DNA of 63,159 nt, counting the filler, from Pelomyxa schiedti (Eukaryota > Protista > Evosea): the NCBI GenBank assembly GCA_020536535.1. It is 7 parts of 7 records of this genome, joined end to end, with 100 filler letters (N's around TTAATTAATTAA, not from the genome) between each part and the next. Parts side by side here need not be neighbours in the genome. Positions count along the whole stretch, not along the records: positions 42,428 to 58,774 come from JAHLWZ010001145.1; positions 58,875 to 62,019 come from JAHLWZ010001817.1; 5 more parts are not named here. One strand, written 5' to 3'. A model generated the notes under the pieces. The model did not search any database and was not told the origin of the DNA. It saw only the letters and a program-made list of their open reading frames with translations. Of this stretch, positions 46,680 through 59,224 are shown piece after piece. Each line of letters opens with the position of its first letter. The stretch's first letter is position 1. The position numbers and the translations under genes were made by a program.

Positions 46680-48254
46680 TTACCGGCACTGAAAATTGGA
46701 GAAAAATTCTCTGACCCAATACAAACACCTTGTTTTTTCTTGTTTAGAACTTGAATGGGCAAATGTCACAGTGGCAAATAGGCAGACAGTTTGATAGGAA
46801 TGGCGATACTCCTGCCTTGACTGAGGTATTACTTGAAGTTGTAGTACTAGGGGGAGTTCCCTTGCTAGCATCACCATGATCACCCTCAGTGGTTGTGGTT
46901 GTTGTTGTTGCGGTCATTGTGGCTGCAACTGGTGCAGGTGATTCATCACCTGTGGAAGATTCCTGAGTTCCGGAATGATGGGGTTCAGTGGAATGTTCCT
47001 TATGGTGCTTGTGTTCAGCTTTCTCGGCTTTTGGGTCTGATTCCGGCTCAGCTTTTCCAGTGCTGTGGGGAGCCTCTTCCTTGGACGGTTTCTTTTCAGG
47101 TTCCGGCTCGGTCACAGTAGTTGAGGTTGTTGAGGTTGTTGTGGTTGTTGAAGAAGTCGTTGTGGAAGTTGTAGTCGATGCGGAACCGGACTTGCCTGAG
47201 TCAAAGTAAGGTGAGTGAACAATTATTACACAGGACTCATACTTGCTTTGGCGTGGGTTTTACATAGTTTAGCATACTTCTCCTTTCCGAGCTTGTATTC
47301 AACTCGTTGCTCCCATTCCGGCGGGACTGTACTCCCATGGTCGGAAACAAGTTTGGCGATGTCAAGGTGATCCTTTAGTATTGCAGCAACCAGCGGAGTT
47401 GCTCCATCACGCTTCCGGGCTTTGTTTGTGTCAATAGAGGGTGCTTCCAGCAGTAACCGGACTATCTCCTTATGCCCCCATTCACAGGCAACAGTGAGAG
47501 GTGTTTCTTCATCACCGGTTGAGGCTTGGTTCACATCAATTGCGGGGCATGCTAGTAAAATCTTTACGACGTGGGTCCTTCCTTCCATGCAAGCACACCA
47601 TAGTGGCTTGGAGGCATTAACATCAACACCAGCAGTTTTAAGGAGCAGTTCAGCAACGTGGTCCTGGTGGCTGCAAATGGCCAGCGATAACGATGTCCAC
47701 CCTCTTGTGGTCTGGGCCTAAAATTATAATATCTCTTAGTATAGGAATAGCAAGTAAATATGGTCACATTTATATCTGGAACGTGGGGAGGGGCATTCAA
47801 TAGTGCCTTCACCACCTCCACATATCCAAACCTTGAAGCCACACACAGAGGGGTATACCTATGAAATATCTTTTAGTTCTTTCACTCAATGAAGAAAATA
47901 TTAGAGTCACAGGTTTTATAAAAGAAGTTAAGAACTTCCCCACATTGTCGGAAGCACAAAAAAACCAAAAGCAAACAACATATTGACACTGTGTGCTTAT
48001 GTATCTGCCAATACAAAAACAAGGAAAAAACCGCAAACCACAATTCACAATTCACACACATCCCACAATGGTTCCGGGGCTACACACCCGTCCGAGTCGC
48101 GGCCGTTCACGTCGAGCTTGTCGGCGCCATTCGCGGCGAGTATTTTCTTCACGGCGGCCACGTCGCCAGTGCGGCACGCCTTGTGCAACGACGCCAATGG
48201 CCCCCCGCTCAAACTCGTCGAACTACTACTAGCACTACTGCTGCTCGTGTTCAT
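46680..48254 (-). CDS. Ankyrin-repeat protein with Thr-rich, charged low-complexity tail
   Basis: LHKACRTGD, TPLCVASRFGY, ETPLTVACEWGH, ATPLVAAI across GT-AG exons. The exact last exon is uncertain. Confidence 0.85.
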
Positions 48255-48478
48255 CTGCTGTTGTTATTACTGTCGAGAAAATAATACACCACCCCACCCC
48301 CCTGTTATTATTGTCTATTTACCCAACGAATCGGTGTGGGTTGCTCTTTGGTGGTGTGTTAAAATAGCGGGAAAACCTGTGTTTGTTTTGTAAAACCGTA
48401 AAACGAAAAATGCAAGTTACGAGAAGTGAGTCGATTGGAGGAAAAGGAAATCACTTGTTTTTTTGGTGTTTTCGGGGC

Positions 48479-50017
48479 TTAGAGGAGCATGCGGGGTGTG
48501 TTGCGTTCGATGGCCTTGCGGAGGGTACCGGCGGCATCGGGGAACCTGTGCGTTACAGTTAGAGTTGAGAGTAGTAGGTGTTTGTGACTGTTTGTTGTTT
48601 GTACCTTGACAGGAGAATCATGGCGGCAATGACGTAGGGCTTGTGTCCGGCCTCCTTGTAGGTTTGGATGCGGTACCTCTCAAAGACGTCCTGAGAAACC
48701 TCACCAGTGCGGCAATTGACGCCGGTGATATCGGCTGGGAGGCAGTGCATGTACAGAGCGGATCCTGCCTTGGTTACTGCCATCTTCTCGGCTGTGCACT
48801 GCCAGTCAACGAAGCGAGCACTCTCTTCCAAACCTTTTTGGGGTGTAAGAACGGATTTCGTTGTAAGGGGAAGGAAACCTCTCTTTTCAAGAGCAGCCAT
48901 TTCTGGGCCACTGCCCTTTCCGGCATGAAGGAGCCTGCAGCGCTCCTGCATAATAGGGATTGGAGCCCAGCTCTTGGGGTAAACAACATCAGCACCAACG
49001 AATGCCTCACTCATGTTGTTGGAAATCGCGAACGAACCACCACTGGCAACGGAGTTCTTGCGAGCAATGTCAACAATCTCAGGGAGGAGATCGTATCCCT
49101 CGGGATGGGCTAAGACGATGTTCATGCCGAATCGGCTCATAAGTCCTGTTGAATTTAGTTAGTGGTAATGGCGTTGCAGGGTATGATACCAATGACGCCT
49201 TGTGGCACGGACAGTGGCTTGCCGTACGATGGGCTGTATGCCCAGCTCATGACCAACTTCTTTCCGCGAAGGTTTTCAACACCACCAAAGTGCTCAATAA
49301 GGTGAGACATATCAGCCATTGCTTGGGTGGGATGGTCCTCGTCGCATTGAAGATTTACGACAGCGGGGATTTGAGGAAGAACACCCTCATGGAAAGCCTG
49401 GGCTACGGTGTCGGAAACCTCCTTCTGATACCTATGTCCTATGACGGGACTGTTAGAAAATGGTGTGGAAAATTTGGGGAGAACAAAGTACCCTCGCCAA
49501 GGAAAATATCGTCCCTAATGCCGATTGCCTGGGTCAGGAAAGAAATCATGGCGGCAGTCTCGCGCACGGTCTCTCCGTGAGAAATCTGGGACTTGGTCTC
49601 GTCCATATCCGCTACTGAAAGACCCAGCATATCACAGGCAAAAGCGAAAGAGAACCGGGTGCGGGTGCTCTTATCCCTGAAGTTGGAAACAGCAAGACCA
49701 CCGTTGAACACTTTAGCGGAGATGTTAAGCTTGTACATCTCTTGGAGAATCTACATTAAGTGGGTTTATTCTGCAAAAGACCGTGCTCATTTCAAACAAT
49801 AAAAAAAGAGAAAATCACGTTACTGTATAAATAAATATTTTTGTTAAAAAAAAGAAAGGTTCATGAACCCCCAACGTACCATGTTGACCAACATTACAGC
49901 AGAAATTTCGTTGGGGGTCTTATCCCATGTGCGCAAGAAATCGTGGTTGTAAAGAGCGACGTCTCGGTTGGCCATCACAGCCTGCAGTTGTGCAACAAGT
50001 GCGTGTAACTTCTCCAT
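48479..50017 (-). CDS. ygeW: YgeW-type knotted carbamoyltransferase with ~5 introns
   Basis: FRDKSTRTRFS, KSQISHGETVRETA, GIRDD, NLQCDEDHPTQ, WAYSPSYGKPLSVPQG, VYPKSWAP, YMHCLPADITGV, YKEAGHKPYVIAAMI. These are YgeW-specific rather than OTC/ATC motifs. Confidence 0.93.
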
Positions 50018-50345
50018 TTATTGAAGCGTGTATTGGATCTTGGGATCTTCCGGTGTCGCTCTCGGCGTTCTGTTGCTTGCTGTTTTGTTTAAAACGTGAA
50101 AACGAAAAGAAAAGTTTAATTCAAATTTCCCTTCTAGTGCTTTCGCTTCCAAAAAAAGTTTGCAAGTCCTCAACCCAGCAGCGAAAGACATGCTCTGAGT
50201 TCTCCATCTCCACTAGATCCGCAGGGGGAATCCGGTCTGAGGATACAGCCCTCACCGGGAACTCAGATCTGGGGATCGATCATTGTTCGCTTGCGTAATC
50301 GGAACGATACGAACGTCCCCGGCATCTACACAGACCAACTACACC

Positions 50346-51225
50346 ATGAGTGGCAACCCATTCGTGCGATACGACCTCGACAAGGAAGACAACGACTACG
50401 ACACATTCCACCGGTTCTCGTCCTCGTCCTCGTCGTCATCATCGCCAACCACCGCATCCCATAATCACCACGCGCCTCACTTCCAAGTAGCCGAAGATGT
50501 ACGGGCTGTTACGGCGGCCACTGCGGTTGTCGGGGCCGGCCCGGGCCTGGGCCTGACCGGCTACGCGCACTCGGATGACAATTATGGGAACGACAACGAC
50601 GACGCCGTGGGCGGATCGGCGTCCCATAATCACGGTCACCACCACACGGGGGCCAGCCTAGCCATGGTCGAGACACAGTCGGGATTGTACCAACATTACC
50701 ACTGCGTTGAGAAAACTGACACACTGCAGGGAATATCCCTCAGATACGGTGTATCTGTATGCTATCTATCCTCCCTCAGTTACTTTATTTCTCATAGGAG
50801 TTTATTGTAAGATATACAATACAAATTATAATCAACGGACTTCTTTTTCTTCTTATTGTTGTTGTGTGGCGCAGCAGCACCATTTTCTTAATTTTACATC
50901 ACAGGTAGCCGTGTTGAAAAAAATGAATAAGCTGTGGTGTGACAACGATATATTTTCAAAGAAGCTTCTTGTAATACCAATCACCAAACCAAGCCTTGAG
51001 CAGCATGGTACCCAGCAGCCACAGCCCAACCAACCAACGCCAAAGACACAGCCCCATACACAAAGTGGCGATCCTCCACCTCATTCCACCAAACCTACAG
51101 CAGTAATGAATACCTCAATAGCACGCCACGTTGCTACCAATACAAGTAAGGCATTTGATCCACTGTCCATCAACTCGAGGTACAGTCACACTAAAAATAC
51201 CATCCCACTTACCCAAACCTTATAG
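50346..51225 (+). CDS. LysM-domain protein (LYSMD-like)
   Basis: YHCVEKTDTLQGISLRYGVS / VAVLKKMNKLWCDNDIFSKKLLVIP, split by an intron. No signal peptide. Confidence 0.88.
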
Positions 51226-51533
51226 TACATCATGAAGAAAAATGCTACTGAACACATGTAAAATTCACCATTCACACTTTAACCAATATCCTTTGGAATT
51301 TCACACCTCCACTTCAAACCAAAGATGAAGTTGCCAGAACTTAATCTGCCACTGTACAACAATAACCTCATTGTGACAATTCTTCACCACAAACCCCATG
51401 CTTGCATCTGATTGACCATAATCATCAATCTTCCAAGATCACTGTCATTTTTCTTTTCCTTTTTGGAACAAAAAAACCAACAACAACAAAAACCAAAAAG
51501 GACACGCAGATACGAACAGCATCGGTTCGGTTC

Positions 51534-54500
51534 ATGAAGGGCGTCGGTGTTGCCGCGACGACAACGACCGGGGTTCTACTACTCGTTGCTCTTCTTTTGG
51601 TGCATCTCAATGCAGTATGCGTGGGTGGGGGTGTCACGACGTCGCCGGGGTACTACTGCGTCGAGGACGGGTGGTGCGACGGGGTCGAGAACCGCGTCAA
51701 CTGCCCCAGGGACTGCCGGCCTGACGACGAGGACCAGGCCCGCGGTGCCGAGGGGGCTCTGTCCCGCGACGCCGAGGCCGCACTGTTGGACGCCTGGAAA
51801 ACCTCAAAGCAGTACTACGTCGACTTAATTGTGGGACAACTGGAGGTTGGTCCGTTGTTGGCTGCCGTGCTTAGTTTTAGTTGGTCGTATAAATAGACAC
51901 ACATGCACGTATATATGAATGTTACTCAAAATGTTGAATTTGTTAAACCAACCTTTGATTTTTTTTTCAGAAGGGGAACCCATACTCTCTGTATGACGCT
52001 GAATTGATGCTGAATAATTTTTGGTGTGGTGTTCTCTTGTGTAAAAAGTATAATCGACTGTCATACTAGCAAGTACATTCGAATGGTGGAGAACGATACA
52101 CTTCTAGGTGATTTGGCAGAGGTTCTTCTTTCAGCGGAACCATACCTGAATACTACATATGGTTACAAGGTCGTTGGGTTTCTCTTTCGGTTGGAATCAT
52201 ACCGTTTAGTAATACAAATATAGGAGTGGTTGTGTGAGACTCCAAACTGCCTTAATTGGCCGGCTTCAGCAGATCAAGAAGTTCTCCTTGTATCAAGCCA
52301 ATTTGTATACATACTAGCTGAAGTTTTATATGGAATAGCATCTATGGGCCTTCAAAACCAAGAACCTTTTTCGACTTTCGTATCTAAGTATGCCACGGTT
52401 GTATGGTTTGATGAACTGTACAAGTGGATACACCTCGGAACAACGTTTGCATTCCCTGTTCAGAAATCTGGTTCACCTCCTTCAGGCACGGAACTGGGAC
52501 TACATATTCTTCCTCGATTCTCAGCAGGCTTGGGGTTGGGGCTCAACCTGTTTCCCGCATAAACACTGGCCCTAGCAGTTACACATACCTGCGAGGTGGA
52601 ACCTCGGAGCTCACATTGGGAAATTGGCACCACGTTGTTGTATCCTATGATGGTTCAAACGTGAATTTCTATGTGAATGGGACCAGTCATACACGTCTAC
52701 ACATCCCAGGGATTATAGTTCCAGATTCCGGCTCGTTGTACATTGGGCGATATATCTCCGGTAGTTGGGCATATTTTAATGGTATTCGACTCTACTATTG
52801 TATCCTTTTCCCATTCCCAATGTTAGGCTCTATTGATGAAGTATATATCTACAATAGGGTCTTGTCACAAGAAGAGGTGGATTCCCGATATTCCGGTGAA
52901 GAAATCGATGCAGGACTGGCTGGGAGCTGGAAATTTGAGGATGATGAATCCTCTGGTGCTATATTAGATTCTTCTGGAAACAATAACACTGGTTCATTTT
53001 TGACCTTCATGGACTTTCGTCACACCAAGTCCTAGGTACTCCGCACAACACTGTTTATTTACCTTCCAATATGTGCTGGGCTGGAAAATGCCTTGGTTTC
53101 AATGGAATTGATAGCCATATTGTTATTCCCAACTCTGTCACTCTCAACATGGAAGGTTGGGCAGGGTTTACACTGGAAGCTTGGGTGAAGCCTGTTTGGA
53201 CGACTGTAGGAAGTATAATATGCAAAGGGTGGCAAAGTGGTTACTCTGGGTAAGTAGTAAAATACAGTTTAGCACTGAGTTACACAGTTGAAGGTTCGAG
53301 TTGCAGGTTTCAGCATCTCATACCTCCCCCGTTTCCGATACTGATATGTGGGTCATTTCTGGAGCAATTTATACACTTTCAACATACCGCATAGCTCCAG
53401 ATGTAATCAACATCAATGAATCTATTGCCCAGGTGAGTTCACCCGGAACTCAAGTAAATACTGATATCTTCCTCACCAGGTCTTCAGTGACTTCATTGAG
53501 ATGGGAAGAATTTTTATTGAGGGTAGGTTTACCTCCTCTCTTTTGACCGACTTCAAGGAAATGCGGTTGAGGTACTAAGAAATATTTACGCAATACGATG
53601 TTCATCTGCTCTAGGCTATCAACTTTGATCTAGGGGTGTGGGATGACTACTTTGACTACCGTTATTCAAATTACACTGAAGATGTTACCGAAGGTAAACC
53701 AACAAATTTCGTAACAGCGAAGTACTTTTAAGTTTTACTTCCGTCAAACAGGTTATAACCCGGCCGACCTTGGGATCCCAATAAAACCTGGAAAAAATGT
53801 GGGATGGGATATCAGTCACGCTAGACGCTTCTGTCACGTTTTCTATACATTTGATGAATGCAGAGCCTATCTCACATCAACATTTCCTGATAATATTTAT
53901 ATCGGCCTGACAAATGAGGTGAGGATTTTCATGCAAAAGAGGATGCTTATGTGTACACAGGTTATTTACCGTGTGTTCAACCGCAATTGGACTTACCCAC
54001 TATTCACGAACTTCATGGATGGCACAAATGGATGGTACCATGTAGATTACGATGGCCACTATTCTCATTTCCTTCAGGTACAGAGTTGATTATTCTGGGA
54101 GACCGCATTTTGGATATTCACCTTGGGAATTAAGTGGAAGCTATCCAACCGGCGGGTATGGACTATGGTCCAAGTACAATCAAGATACAAGTATGGTGTT
54201 GCAGTCACTTTGGAAGGCTTTGACCGTGCCATTTGTCTACGATGACACTGGCAAAGGCACCAAAATGACACTCTCTGCCGGAACCACTTGGGTGGGTTCT
54301 GGTATCTCTGGTGGAGGAATCCATGTTGAAAATACAGAGAAGCTATCATTTTCCCTTCCATTGTTCGGGGAGTCAGGAGCCTCTGTATCACTGTGGGTAA
54401 AGCTGGATAATGGTGATCCGCTCACTGTGGATTTACTTACTGTAAGGCCTTATGCTAATTCTAACCCGTTAACTGACGGGAATTAAGCTATGGCAAGGAA

Positions 54501-55300
54501 ATGGCTATACTGACTTTGTGCTTCTTAGGAAGAATCCATCTGGACAGGTTGGAGTTTCCGCTCTTCCAACTTTTATCCAAACATCCTTTCAGTTATGTGT
54601 ACTAGTAGAAAAGAACGATACCACGGTTGTTTATACTTGCTCTGTATCAACTAGTTCTCTCTTGGCCGGGGAGTGGCACCACATTGCCATCACTTCCAAC
54701 ACTTCACAGGTACCCATCACTTTCCTAATTCTTATTTAACCATTTCCGGCAAACACAGGTTCTTATCTACGTCGATGGAACTGTTGTTTCTGCTACCGGC
54801 ACCAACTCTGGAACATTTATTCCCCAATGGGTGCCTATTGTTTTCTTCTGGATAGGCTCCACTCACTGGACATGTGTGCTTTTTATTTATCTTCTCCTTC
54901 CCGTTTTTCCCTTTATTATTATTAACTCTTCCCAGATATGAATGGGACACTGGACAACGTGGCTGTGTATGACAGAGCCCTCACTCCCAGTGACATTGTT
55001 TCCCTCTATGAACTGACCAGTGACCCCAGTGACATTGGGGGCTGCATGGCCTGCTGGGGATTTGCCAGCCAAGTGAGCCCCAAGGACCCCTCAGTGACAC
55101 AGTTCTGGGGGGACAACTATGGGAGCTACATGATTGGCACCTCAGCCATTATGTTCCTGCCATCACTGGCTCAGAGGGAGAACAAGGGCAGAGGCAGTGA
55201 CAGTGAGGACAGCATAAGCATAAGCAGGAGTGTGCAGGCAAGTGCTCAGTTGCTCAGTGTGGTATTGGCTGCTTCTTTGTGTGTAATACTAGCTTGGTAG
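51534..55300 (+). CDS. Secreted, probably GPI- or tail-anchored protein with LamG/ConA-like domains and an uncharacterised helical domain
   Basis: Signal peptide, CDGVENRVNCPRDC motif, LamG motifs (WHHVVVSYDG..FYVNG..IDEVYIYNRVLS; FTLEAWVKP; WHHIAIT..LDNVAVYDRALT), GWDISHARRF and FTNFMDGTNGWY segments, hydrophobic C-terminus. Confidence 0.85.
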
Positions 55301-55373
55301 AATGTAGTAAGAGAGTGGATGATTTTGTTGAGGTTATAAGGCTGTTGTGAGTGTTAGATTATTCTCTTTTTTT

Positions 55374-57788
55374 TTACAGGATACAGCATTTCTTCTTTCT
55401 GGCAGGGTTGACTGCAGAGGGGGGAGAAAGGCATATTTTTATTGCCTCATTGAAGAGACCGGCAATGCCTTCTTGGGTGCGGGCACTGCATTCTGTACAG
55501 TAGCTTAGTTTTGAGAAGAAAAGTAGAAGGAGTTTTTATTACCATGATGTCGGACGCATCCTAGTTCTTTGGCAACTTTGAGGCCTTCGTCAGCAGTGAC
55601 AGGGTGTTGCTTCTTTTCAGCCAATAAAGCTGCTACAATCGCGGGATCGTTTCGAAGATCCTTTTTGGTGCCGACAAGAATTCTGTGTGCATCGGGGGAG
55701 TAATGCGTAATCTCGGGATTCCATTTTTCGCGGCAGTTGTCCAATGATGATGGGTTCACAATACTGTAGCAAAGGAAGAAAAGATCGGTGTGTGGGTAAC
55801 CTGTGTAATGAGAATGTTAGAGGAAATGAATAAAAGTGAAAATAATCAACTGAGTGGCCTCAAGCGGTCATATCTTTTTGGGAATTAGAAGACATTTAAC
55901 TAGGCATTACACATACTCTTCCTGTCCGGCAGTATCCCAAAGACCAACATTATAGCCCTTCCCGTCGTGCATTATATTGCATGAATAATTGTCAAATACA
56001 GTTGGGACATATTCTTCAGGAAAAGCATTTTTTGTGTAGGAGATGAGCAAGCATGTCTTTTGGAGGTGAGGAAATAAATAGACTATAAAAAGACAAAAGT
56101 ACCTTGCCTACAGCACCATCTCCAACTGTAACAAATTTGCGCACACCTGGTTTAGGTGCGGTATTTGGGATTATTATCTGGGCAGCACTTGCACTTAAAG
56201 GAGAGCCGGGTACGGCTGCGGCAGAACTAGCGGTGGTAGAGTTTGCTGGGGTAGCTGTTCTCTCAGCTGTGTCGGCCGTACTTGGTGTGGTTGATGAAGT
56301 AGTGGTTGATGTTGCTGCAGTGGTGGTCGTGCTATTTGTGTTGGTCGGCTCTGCCGTTTGAGAAGGAGTAGAGATGGTCGAAGATGCCGCTAATTCACTA
56401 TGAGTGACCAGTGGTGACACTGGTACAGCTAGAAAGAAGTGAGAAGTAAGAAGGGGGGGAAAGGAAAAAAATACGATATTTTGGTCTATCCCATACTGCC
56501 GCCCTTGTTACAACGTTGGCAAAGTATGTCTAGTTGGAGTCAATGCAGTCTAAAAAAATTGTGTTACCTTCTGTGAAGTATTATCAAATCGTTCTTCCCA
56601 ATTTGGGGGCATTTTGTCCTTCAACTGAGCAACTGTAAGAGGTTGGTGACACAAGGGACATTCTGTTGTGGCCACTGGTTCGAAGCATTCCCTGGCTCTG
56701 TTAGGCTGGAAAGTGAAGAGCTGAAACATACTTGCACGCCACTCCCTTGCAGAGGGGGCATTCCAGTGGAATCTTTGAAATCTTGTGGCAGAGGGCACAA
56801 GCAGGTGGTTCTCCAATAGCCTGCAACCGAAATTAATGGATTCGTATCAATTGTTCAGATATACCTGAGTCTGGGCTGCTGTCATTCCAGATGTCTCTGA
56901 TGTTGGTGCAGGAACAATTGCTGGTTGTGTGCCAGATGAAGGCGCATCTGGTTGTGACGTTGGAAGGGATGGAGTTGAAGTGGAGGAACTCCCTGTTTGT
57001 GGGGCTGATTGGGTTGTGGTGGGGGTAGTTGTAGATGGCTGGGTAGTCGACGCTACTGTAGGTTGGTTGGCAGCTGGATTCCCATTCAGGTACGCTGCTG
57101 CAGGGAATTTGGGTCTTTCCCAAGTAGATGTCCTTGTCACCAAGTTGGCATAATAAACTCGACCATTTGCAGGGTGTTTTCGTTCTTCCCAACCCTCTGG
57201 CAGTGGGTCCTGAGTAGCGGTTTGTAGAGCATTGCTTGATGGCGACGTAAGTTGTGGCTCAAGTAGTTTTGGTGTTGAGGTGCGGTGTTCAATTGAAGGC
57301 GTAGCAATACTGACAGGCGCATCAGAGGGAGCTGTCACAGAGGGGGTTGCTGCTGGAGCTGGAGTTGGAGTTGGAGTTGGCTCATTAGGCTGGGAGGGTG
57401 TTGTTGGTGTTGCTGGCGTAGCGGGAGTTGTTGTTGTTGCTGGTGGTACTGCCGTTGCTGGTTGTGTACTAGTTTGGGACTGCGTATCTCCTTGCGTTTG
57501 GGCCGCCAGTGCTTGGGCCTGGGCCTGGGCCTGGGCTTGCGCAGCAAGTGCTTGTTGCTTGGCCAATTGAGCCTGGGCCAGTGCTTGCTGGTAAGCAGCA
57601 ATTTGGGCAGGAGTTGCGAATATCTCTGCTGGTTGTGTGGGTCTTTCCCACGTTGAAGTGCGGGTGATGAGGTTGGCAAAAAACCTCTTGCCCGATATTG
57701 GATCCAGCCTCTCACTCCAACCAGGAGGCAGTGGTTGTGCAGGGGCTGCAGGAGTTGCTGTTGGTGCTGGTGTTGTTGCGTCACCCAT
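55374..57788 (-). CDS. WW-WW-RING-WW-Rac/Rho GTPase fusion with CAAX
   Basis: In-phase GT-AG splicing links [55 protein letters not shown] and [47 protein letters not shown]. Confidence 0.88.
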
Positions 57789-58439
57789 TGTTTTCGAAAG
57801 GTCTATACAATAAAATAAGGATCTGGGGGAAAAAAAAAACCAAAAGAAAAAAACATTAAATAGAAAAAAACCTAGGTCACTAATTGCTATAGGTGTATCG
57901 GCGCCTCTTAAATTTGGTGAAACAAAGGGGCCTTACTGAACCGCGAGTCAATTTAAAAAAAGGGGGTGCGAGATGAAGACAAACAAACAGCCGCTAGATC
58001 CAAAAAGAACCCAAACCACCACCGCATGCGACAAACTGCGACAAACAAACAGGGTGTTGTGTAGGTACCGGTGCCGGTGGTCGTCGTCGATTGGTTTGAT
58101 TTTTTTTTTTTCCTTCCCAGTTTTGTTTTGAACCGGTCTGAGTTGAAACAGCGGAAAGCATCACTTTCCCAAAATGGCCATCACCCCCCATTCCCATCAC
58201 CTGAATTTCCTGTCAGACTCATCTCATTGGCACCCCTTGCCGTCGTCCCATCATCGCGTGCCTGTAAAGCAAAACCATTCGGATCCTAGGACTTCTTTCT
58301 TCAACCCCAAAACCGTTTTCAAAAAAGTTTTGGGACGATCAAATCATCTTATCTTCAACAGACAATTCAATACAGCTGATGATGTGGTGGTGTGGTTCTG
58401 TTTTAGTTGTAGTTTCGTTGTGCCTGTTTGGGGGTGAGT

Positions 58440-58535
58440 CTTTTTTGTTCCCAGCTGACTGGGAGAAACACGACTCTGGTACCTATCACTATCCCATAAC
58501 CCCAGTGTTATGCAGCTCCCATCTGCCACATTTTT
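58440..58535 (-). pseudogene. Possible decayed Rho-family fragment
   Basis: VADGSCITLGLWD resembles Rho VDG..I.LGLWD. No other intact motifs. Confidence 0.3.
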
Positions 58536-59224
58536 ATATTACTGCCTTTTCTAACGAGCACCACCTGATGGTGCTTTTCAGTTTGGCTGGCATGGCCCCA
58601 ATATGACTACATTGAAGGATTGTCTGTTCAATCGGTGTCAGTGGGTGTGTGACTTCGCTATCTATTATGCTTAATAGTGAATAACCCATTCCCATACGTG
58701 TTTGATGTTATGCTGCACAAACTCACGTTTTCTATTTTTCAGCTATGATTCACGCACTTGGTCCGAACGTACCANNNNNNNNNNNNNNNNNNNNNNNNNN
58801 NNNNNNNNNNNNNNNNNNTTAATTAATTAANNNNNNNNNNNNNNNNNNNNNNNNNNNNNNNNNNNNNNNNNNNNTGGAAATGCTGCTTATGGAAATAAAC
58901 AAAATCATCAACTTAGAGAGGTGGTGTTTGTGAGAGAAAGCTGAGACAATACAGGTCCAGAAGTTGTTATTGTGGGACTTACGTTGATTGGCAGAGAAGA
59001 GGTAGATTTGTGTTCTTTTTGTTGTTGTTGGGCTCTCAACATAATCTCAGAGATTTAGATCTGTAGGATTAGAATTTCTAGTGAAATCTCATTTAACAAC
59101 TGAGCAGGGGAGTGATGCAAACGGTTCAGTTGCAAATATTTTCTCGCTTAATAAAAGCCTGCGGTTGAAGGCATTTTCCACTTTTTTTTTTCACCACTTT
59201 GCCTCATTTTGTTTGTCGAGCGTA

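Noticed and set aside
48479-50017. Ornithine carbamoyltransferase call, or bacterial contamination
   Set aside because: The motifs are YgeW-specific and the gene has spliceosomal introns.
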